DNA from: an uncultured Gemmatimonadota bacterium
Lineage (GTDB): Bacteria > SM23-81
DNA: 11,384 nt
Direction: 5' to 3'
NCBI GenBank assembly: GCA_964584035.1
Contig: CAZOYL010000086.1
Location: 1-11,384, forward strand
Each line of letters begins with the position of its first letter. Within the stretch, counting starts at the first letter, position 1. Shown piece by piece: positions 6,420-11,384 of the stretch. The notes beneath the pieces are model-generated. The model worked only from the letters and a program-made list of their open reading frames with translations, was not told the DNA's origin and made no database searches. The position numbers were made by a program, and so were the translations under genes.

Positions 6420-8159
6420 TTAGCGGAGCAGGACGATCTTGCGCGCAGCCGAAAAACCCTTCGTCTGCAGGTGGCAAAAATAAATGCCGGAGCTCACCGG
6501 GCGTCCCGTCTGGTCCGATCCATCCCAGGTGGCGATATGGCGGCCTCCGGGAAATGTCGCTCGGGCCAGGGTCTTGACCCTTTGGCCGGTGACATTGAAG
6601 ATCTCCAGGGCGATGCGGCACTCACCGGACAGAGAAAAGGAGATCTGCGTGGAGCCGTTGAAAGGATTGGGATAATTCTGGGCCAGGTGGAAATCGAGCG
6701 GTCGACCCGGAGCGGGCTGCTCCCCGCTGACGGCGGTCAGCGGCGCACCCTGGCCCCCGATGGCCCAGATGGAGAAGAGACTGGTGGTACACCGGACCCG
6801 GTTGTTCTCTTCATCGACGTATTCGGGAAGAGCGTGCCAGCGGCTGTCTCTGAACCGGGCGCAGTACAGCGAGGCCTCATCCTCGATGTCAGAGGAGTCG
6901 AACTCCGACTGCAGATACTCCAGAGAAAGGCCAGCCATATAAGCTCCCAGGGCAGATCCGGGAATGATGTCGTACCACTTCCTCAGCGGCTGCCCCCCCT
7001 CGATCTGGGGCGGCATGGAATCAGGCCAGGCGGTCACCGTCACGGTGGTGTCGCCGAAAATCGATATGCTCATCATATCCAGACATAGCACCAGTTCCGG
7101 AAAATAGAGCGTATCGGCCATGCTCCGGACTTTCTGAACCACCGTCCTCGGCTGAACGCTGATCGGCCACCAGCTGATCGATGCGGCCGCGTTGAACATC
7201 ATCCCGTCGAGAATGCTCAGGGAATCAGCCGGGGAATCATTGACCTGACCCCAGAAGATATACTGAGCCGCCTCGATCCGCTGGTTGGTCCGAAGATTAG
7301 CCCCGCCCTGGCCGGCCGTGTTATGATAGATGCTATTGCGGTCCGCATGGGTGGTGCTCAGGACCGGCCTGCCATTGATGCAGTCGAGCCCACCGCCATA
7401 CAGGTTGGCGTGATTCCCGACGATGGTGCAGCGGGAGATACTGGGATTGGAGAAGGTGGCGCCCACGCCTCCGGCCAGCTGAGCGTCGTTGTCGACCACG
7501 ATGCATTGGGACAGAGAGGCATCCGCATTGTTGCTGAAATACACCCCGCCGCCGCCATGGGCGGTGTTTTGCGCCATGACGCACTCGATGATGTTGGGCG
7601 CCGACGTGTACAGGCAGCACAGGCCGCCGCCGTAACGGGCCTGATTGCCGATGAAGTCACAGCCGGTGATGGTGGGAGAGGAATTGCTGTAACAGCAAAG
7701 GCCGCCGCCATTGTCCTCGGCCCAATTGTTCTTCAAAATACAGTTGCTGATGGTCGGTGAACTTCCCACACAAAAAATGCCGCCGCCATCTCCACCCTCG
7801 ACGCGACCGTTGACAATGGTAAAACCTTCCAGCCGTGTGGACGACCCCTCTCCGCTGACGAATTGAAATCCCCGGCCGTCGTTCTGGCAATCGATGATCG
7901 TCTCATAGGGACCGCTTTCCGATCGGATGGTCAGCGTCCGCTCGAGAACATCAATGTTTTTATTGTCTTCGCCCGTAAAGCGCCCGGCCGCCACCAGGAT
8001 GGTGTCCCAGTCGGCGGACAGATAGATAGCCGCCTGGATGCTGGCCACATCGCCGCTGCCGTCGGCCTCGATATACCAGGTCCGCGCTTCCGCCGGGCCG
8101 GCCAGGCAGAACCAGAACGGAACGAAAAGAAGCAACAGCCGAAACACAGTGCTCCTCAT
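6420..8159 (-). CDS. Secreted right-handed beta-helix repeat protein with C-terminal T9SS-type-A/FlgD-Ig-like domain
   Basis: Signal peptide ending AEA-R; DGSGDVASIQAAI cap; about six 25-aa repeats N-x-A-x(1-3)-GGG-x-x-C...P-x-I-x-x-C; C-terminal LAQNYPNPFN...IFNVTGQRVKTL...WDG...SSGIYF...KIVLLR. ATG 8159 preferred over GTG 8165 because GAGGTG (8168-8163) serves as RBS. Confidence 0.85.
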   Translation of the reverse strand: MRSTVFRLLLLFVPFWFCLAGPAEARTWYIEADGSGDVASIQAAIYLSADWDTILVAAGRFTGEDNKNIDVLERTLTIRSESGPYETIIDCQNDGRGFQFVSGEGSSTRLEGFTIVNGRVEGGDGGGIFCVGSSPTISNCILKNNWAEDNGGGLCCYSNSSPTITGCDFIGNQARYGGGLCCLYTSAPNIIECVMAQNTAHGGGGVYFSNNADASLSQCIVVDNDAQLAGGVGATFSNPSISRCTIVGNHANLYGGGLDCINGRPVLSTTHADRNSIYHNTAGQGGANLRTNQRIEAAQYIFWGQVNDSPADSLSILDGMMFNAAASISWWPISVQPRTVVQKVRSMADTLYFPELVLCLDMMSISIFGDTTVTVTAWPDSMPPQIEGGQPLRKWYDIIPGSALGAYMAGLSLEYLQSEFDSSDIEDEASLYCARFRDSRWHALPEYVDEENNRVRCTTSLFSIWAIGGQGAPLTAVSGEQPAPGRPLDFHLAQNYPNPFNGSTQISFSLSGECRIALEIFNVTGQRVKTLARATFPGGRHIATWDGSDQTGRPVSSGIYFCHLQTKGFSAARKIVLLR

Positions 8160-8226
8160 GCTCACCTCGTATCGATGGACCGAAGATCTCTTTCAGACCA
8201 TTCCGGAAGGAGTATGCCGATTCTTT

Positions 8227-8255
8227 ATGTTAGCAAAGAAGAACGGGATTGTCAA
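8227..8255 (-). promoter_or_regulatory. Sigma70-type promoter with extended -10 for the beta-helix gene
   Basis: TTGACA (8255-8250), 17-bp spacer, TAACAT (8232-8227), preceded by TGn (TGCTAACAT). Confidence 0.7.
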
Positions 8256-8302
8256 GGAGTTTTCGACGCCGGCAGGCTCCATCCGGCCGCCGCCATCGGC
8301 GA

Positions 8303-10441
8303 TCAGTCATCGAGTCCCAGGATCAACAGGATAAAAGCGTACTCGAAGGCCACCTGACGCAATTCATCATAACGGCTGGTCAGGCCCGCGTGGCCGGAGC
8401 CCATGTCGGTTTTCAACAACAATCGGTGATCGTCGGTTTTGACGGCCCGCAATCTGGCCGCCCACTTGGCCGGCTCCCAATATTGCACCCGGGCATCGTT
8501 CAGGCCGGCCGTGATCAACAAAGGGGGATAATCCTGGGCCGTGACGTTATCGTAAGGTGAATATTGCTTCATGTAATCGTAGAAAATCTTTTCCTGAGGA
8601 TTGCCCCATTCCTCGTATTCGGTGACGGTCAGGGGGATGGTCGGGTCCAGCATAGTATTGAGCGCATCGACGAAAGGAACGTCGGCGACGGCCGCCGCGA
8701 ACAGCCCGGGACGCATATTAAGCACGGCCCCCACGAGCAGCCCTCCGGCGCTGGCTCCGGAGATGACCAGCCGATCGGCGGAGGTATATCCCTTCTCGAT
8801 GAGGTGCTCGGCGCAGGCCATGAAATCGGTGAAGGTGTTCATCTTGTGCAGCATCTTTCCATCCAGGTACCATCGGCGGCCCATCTCCCCTCCCCCGCGG
8901 ATGTGGGCTCGAGCATAGATGAAACCCCGTTCCAGCAAGCTTAGCCGGTACATCGAGAACCGCGGCTCGATAGATAAGCCGTAGGCGCCGTAACCATAAA
9001 GATAGAGCGGATGAGGTTCTCCGGCGGTCAAATCCCTGGCGTAGACCAGAGAGATGGGAATGGGGGTGCCGTCGTCGGCCGTGGCCCAAATTCGCTCGGT
9101 CTGATACCGGAAGGGGTCGTATCCTCCGCCGACCCGGTAATACTTTTTCAGCTCCCAGGCGCGATCGTTCATCTGATAATCATAGATGGTCCTGGGCGTC
9201 ACCAGCGAAGTGTAACTGAAGCGCAACAGGGAGGACTGAAACTCGGGATTCTCCTCGGGCCAGAAGGTATAGACCGGCTCCGGGAAAACGACCCGATGGA
9301 CCTGGCCGTCTTTGAGATTCTGTATGCGGATCTGCTTGAGTCCATCGTATCTTTCGTAGACCACCAGGTGATGCTGGAAAAGATCCACTCCCTCAAGGGT
9401 CACATCGGGTCGATGGGCAATGATCTCCCGCCAGGATTCGGTGTCGGGCCGATCGACGGGAACCTGCAGCAGTCGGAAATTCTCGGCGTCCCGGTTGGTC
9501 AGGATATAGAACCACTCTCCACCGTGAGAAACGCTGTATTCCACGCCTTGGCGGCGGGGTCGGATGACCCGGGGGACGGCCTCCGGATGATCAGCATCCA
9601 GAGCATGAACCTCGGTCGTCTCCTTGCTCTCCAGATCGATAAGGATATATTTCCGGCTTCTGGATTTGGAGATTCCGAGATAATATCGTTCGTCGGATTC
9701 CTCGAGGAGCATCGCATCGCTCTCCTGGGCCGTACCCAGTCGGTGACGATACAGCCGGTAAGGCCGCAGGGTCTCATCCATGGTGCTGTAGTACAGGGTC
9801 TGGTTGTCCGCGGCCCATTCGAGCTGACCATAGGTGTCCCTGATGGTCTCGTTCAGAAGCTGCCCTGTATCCAGGTTTCTGATAGAGATGGTGTACACCT
9901 CCGCGCCGGTCGTATCGACCGAATAGGCCAGCAGCCGGTGGTCCGGGCTGGGCTTGAAAGCACCGATCTCACAATAGGATCGATCGCCGGCCAGGCGGTT
10001 TTGATCCAGGAGTATCTCCTCGCCGGCCCGGGGAGCTTCCCGCCGGCGGCAATAGATCGGATAACCTTTGCCCTTTTCATAACGGGTGTAGTACCAGTAA
10101 TTGCCCATCCTTACCGGCGCTGAGGTGTCCGCCTCCACGATCCGCTCGCGGAATTCCTCGAAAAGGCGCCGCTGCAGCTTCTCGGTGGGCTTCATGACCG
10201 CTTCGCTGTATGCGTTCTCGTCCTCGAGATAGGCCAGCACCTCGGGGTTGGATCGATCTCTGAGCCAATAATAGTCGTCCCTGCGCACATCGCCGAAAAG
10301 CGTGTCGGCCCGGGGCTCCACCCTGGCCGTCGGCGGGGTCCGCTCTCCCCGGCGGGCGCAGCCGGAGGCAGCCATCACCACCGCGGCGAGAGCAATCACA
10401 CCGACCCTGATGATCTCTTTCCAATTCTGTTTGGGCAACAT
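8303..10441 (-). CDS. ptrB: Oligopeptidase B (prolyl oligopeptidase family S9A), predicted lipoprotein, 712 aa
   Basis: DDYYWLRD, YGYGAYG, HIRGGGEMGRRWY, GASAGG (Ser), EYEEWGNP, LNDARV (Asp), GSGHAG (His). Start moved to ATG 10441 with RBS AAGGAG at 10450-10455. Confidence 0.93.
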   Translation of the reverse strand: MLPKQNWKEIIRVGVIALAAVVMAASGCARRGERTPPTARVEPRADTLFGDVRRDDYYWLRDRSNPEVLAYLEDENAYSEAVMKPTEKLQRRLFEEFRERIVEADTSAPVRMGNYWYYTRYEKGKGYPIYCRRREAPRAGEEILLDQNRLAGDRSYCEIGAFKPSPDHRLLAYSVDTTGAEVYTISIRNLDTGQLLNETIRDTYGQLEWAADNQTLYYSTMDETLRPYRLYRHRLGTAQESDAMLLEESDERYYLGISKSRSRKYILIDLESKETTEVHALDADHPEAVPRVIRPRRQGVEYSVSHGGEWFYILTNRDAENFRLLQVPVDRPDTESWREIIAHRPDVTLEGVDLFQHHLVVYERYDGLKQIRIQNLKDGQVHRVVFPEPVYTFWPEENPEFQSSLLRFSYTSLVTPRTIYDYQMNDRAWELKKYYRVGGGYDPFRYQTERIWATADDGTPIPISLVYARDLTAGEPHPLYLYGYGAYGLSIEPRFSMYRLSLLERGFIYARAHIRGGGEMGRRWYLDGKMLHKMNTFTDFMACAEHLIEKGYTSADRLVISGASAGGLLVGAVLNMRPGLFAAAVADVPFVDALNTMLDPTIPLTVTEYEEWGNPQEKIFYDYMKQYSPYDNVTAQDYPPLLITAGLNDARVQYWEPAKWAARLRAVKTDDHRLLLKTDMGSGHAGLTSRYDELRQVAFEYAFILLILGLDD

Positions 10442-10466
10442 TCTCCGGGCTCCTTGCGGACGATCA

Positions 10467-10521
10467 TTGATCAAGACTTCATTCATAAAGATTTTGTTCA
10501 TGAAGATTTCATTCGTAAAGA
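10467..10521. repeat. Degenerate 15-bp tandem repeat array upstream of ptrB
   Basis: AAGACTTCATTCATA (10473) / AAGATTTTGTTCATG (10488) / AAGATTTCATTCGTA (10503) / AAGA (10518), with a partial unit to the left. Confidence 0.8.
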
Positions 10522-10548
10522 GAAAAGCAAATCCCGGCGGGATTTGCT
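10518..10548 (-). terminator. Intrinsic terminator downstream of nrdJ
   Basis: Perfect 10-bp inverted repeat AGCAAATCCC (10526-10535) / GGGATTTGCT (10539-10548), ending in TTTTCTCTTT on the minus strand. Confidence 0.75.
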
Positions 10549-10651
10549 CCGATACTCAGGATGGCAGACCAAGACACGCCTTTCGCTGCCGACCGATCAC
10601 GGGTCATTCAGCGAACACGAACCACGAACACGACCGCGCGTTTTCGGAAAA

Positions 10652-11384
10652 CTAACACTTCGAATATCCGCAGTGTTTGCAGACCACGCAGCCCTCGGAA
10701 TATTCCAGAGACTCACCGCAGTCCGGGCAGGCGCCGACCATTCCCTGCGGCGCGAAGGTCAGGCCGCCCCGGTCATTGCCGGTGACCTTGAGGTACTTCT
10801 CGACCGCCCGGCTGATAGCGTCGGGACAGGAGAGAATGATACCGCCATCCTGCCAGGATGGAGAGGGACAGCGGATGCCGCGCAGCTGCTTTAAAATGGC
10901 CTCGATGTCGATGCCGCTCCGCAGCGCCAGCGACACCAGCCGGCTGATGGCCTCCGTCTGGGAGGCGGCGCAGCCGCCCGCTTTTCCCAGCTGAGCGAAC
11001 ACCTCGAACAGCCCCACCGGATCCTCGTTGATGGTGACATACAGGCTGCCGCAGCCGGTGCCCATCTTCTCGGTCATGCCCTGCAGCATGACCGGTCGGG
11101 CCCTCGGCGACCGCGGCCGCGGCGCCTCGGTGCGCCCTGCGGCGGCCGTGCTGCTGCCCACGTTGAGGACCTGCTCCTCACGGCTGCGGTCACGATAGAT
11201 GGTGACGCCCTTGCAACCCAGCTCATAGGCCAGCTTATAGACTTTGGCCACATCCTCGCGGGTTGCGTCGGTGTGAAAGTTGACCGTTTTGGAGACGGCG
11301 TTATCGGTGTATTTCTGAAAGGCCGCCTGCATGCGGATGTGCCACTCGGGCTCGAGATCGTGGGCCACAACGAAGAGCCGGCGG
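10652..11384 (-). CDS. nrdJ: 3' part of class II (adenosylcobalamin-dependent) ribonucleotide reductase with fused TSCPD domain and Zn ribbon (5' end outside the window)
   Basis: Frame stays open to the edge (RRLFVVAHDL...), so the track's start at 11368 is an internal Val. Motifs WHIRMQAAFQKYTDNAVSKTVN, GCKGVTIYRDRSR, TGCGSLYVTIN, LRGIRCP, SCPDAI, CPDCG...EGCVVCKHCGYSKC. Confidence 0.92.
   Translation of the reverse strand, partial: RRLFVVAHDLEPEWHIRMQAAFQKYTDNAVSKTVNFHTDATREDVAKVYKLAYELGCKGVTIYRDRSREEQVLNVGSSTAAAGRTEAPRPRSPRARPVMLQGMTEKMGTGCGSLYVTINEDPVGLFEVFAQLGKAGGCAASQTEAISRLVSLALRSGIDIEAILKQLRGIRCPSPSWQDGGIILSCPDAISRAVEKYLKVTGNDRGGLTFAPQGMVGACPDCGESLEYSEGCVVCKHCGYSKC

Noticed and set aside
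8190..8220. CCGGAAGG hairpin resembling the SRP RNA loop or a c-di-GMP riboswitch
   Set aside because: Flanking consensus (CAGG...AGCAG for SRP; GGCAAA...GCAAAG architecture for c-di-GMP-I) is missing and the long stems cannot form.
10467..10521. Mini-CRISPR interpretation of the repeat array
   Set aside because: Units are contiguous 15-mers with no unique spacers of CRISPR length and no cas genes are nearby.
10454..10894. Plus-strand 146-aa ORF with DFIHK-DFVHE-DFIRK pentapeptide repeats
   Set aside because: The peptide repeat is a by-product of the 15-bp DNA repeat; no RBS, and the ORF runs through a terminator and antisense into nrdJ.

Overview
GC-rich bacterial chromosomal window with every credible gene on the minus strand. 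In transcription order (right to left): 3' end of a class II ribonucleotide reductase (nrdJ, TSCPD plus Zn-ribbon tail, cut by the window edge); oligopeptidase B (ptrB) with a lipoprotein-type signal; a secreted beta-helix protein with a 'QNYPNPFN' C-terminal domain; a GYD-domain protein; an SppA protease with a long, probably beta-barrel, N-terminal extension; elongator tRNA-Met(CAT); a tightly coupled GNAT-like / thiolase-fold / DUF35 operon followed by an outer-membrane beta-barrel gene; and the 5' end of a PP-loop (SGGLDS) tRNA sulfurtransferase-like gene. Three TTGACA-N17 promoters and four intrinsic terminators are visible. The envelope proteins suggest a diderm, possibly FCB-related organism (inference). 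The best candidate for an undescribed system is the GNAT-thiolase-DUF35 operon: the thiolase has Pro84 in place of the nucleophilic Cys but keeps both catalytic His motifs. Also notable are the beta-barrel-SppA fusion and a 15-bp-periodic repeat array upstream of ptrB. No mobile element or CRISPR array was seen. All family assignments come from motif recognition, not database searches.
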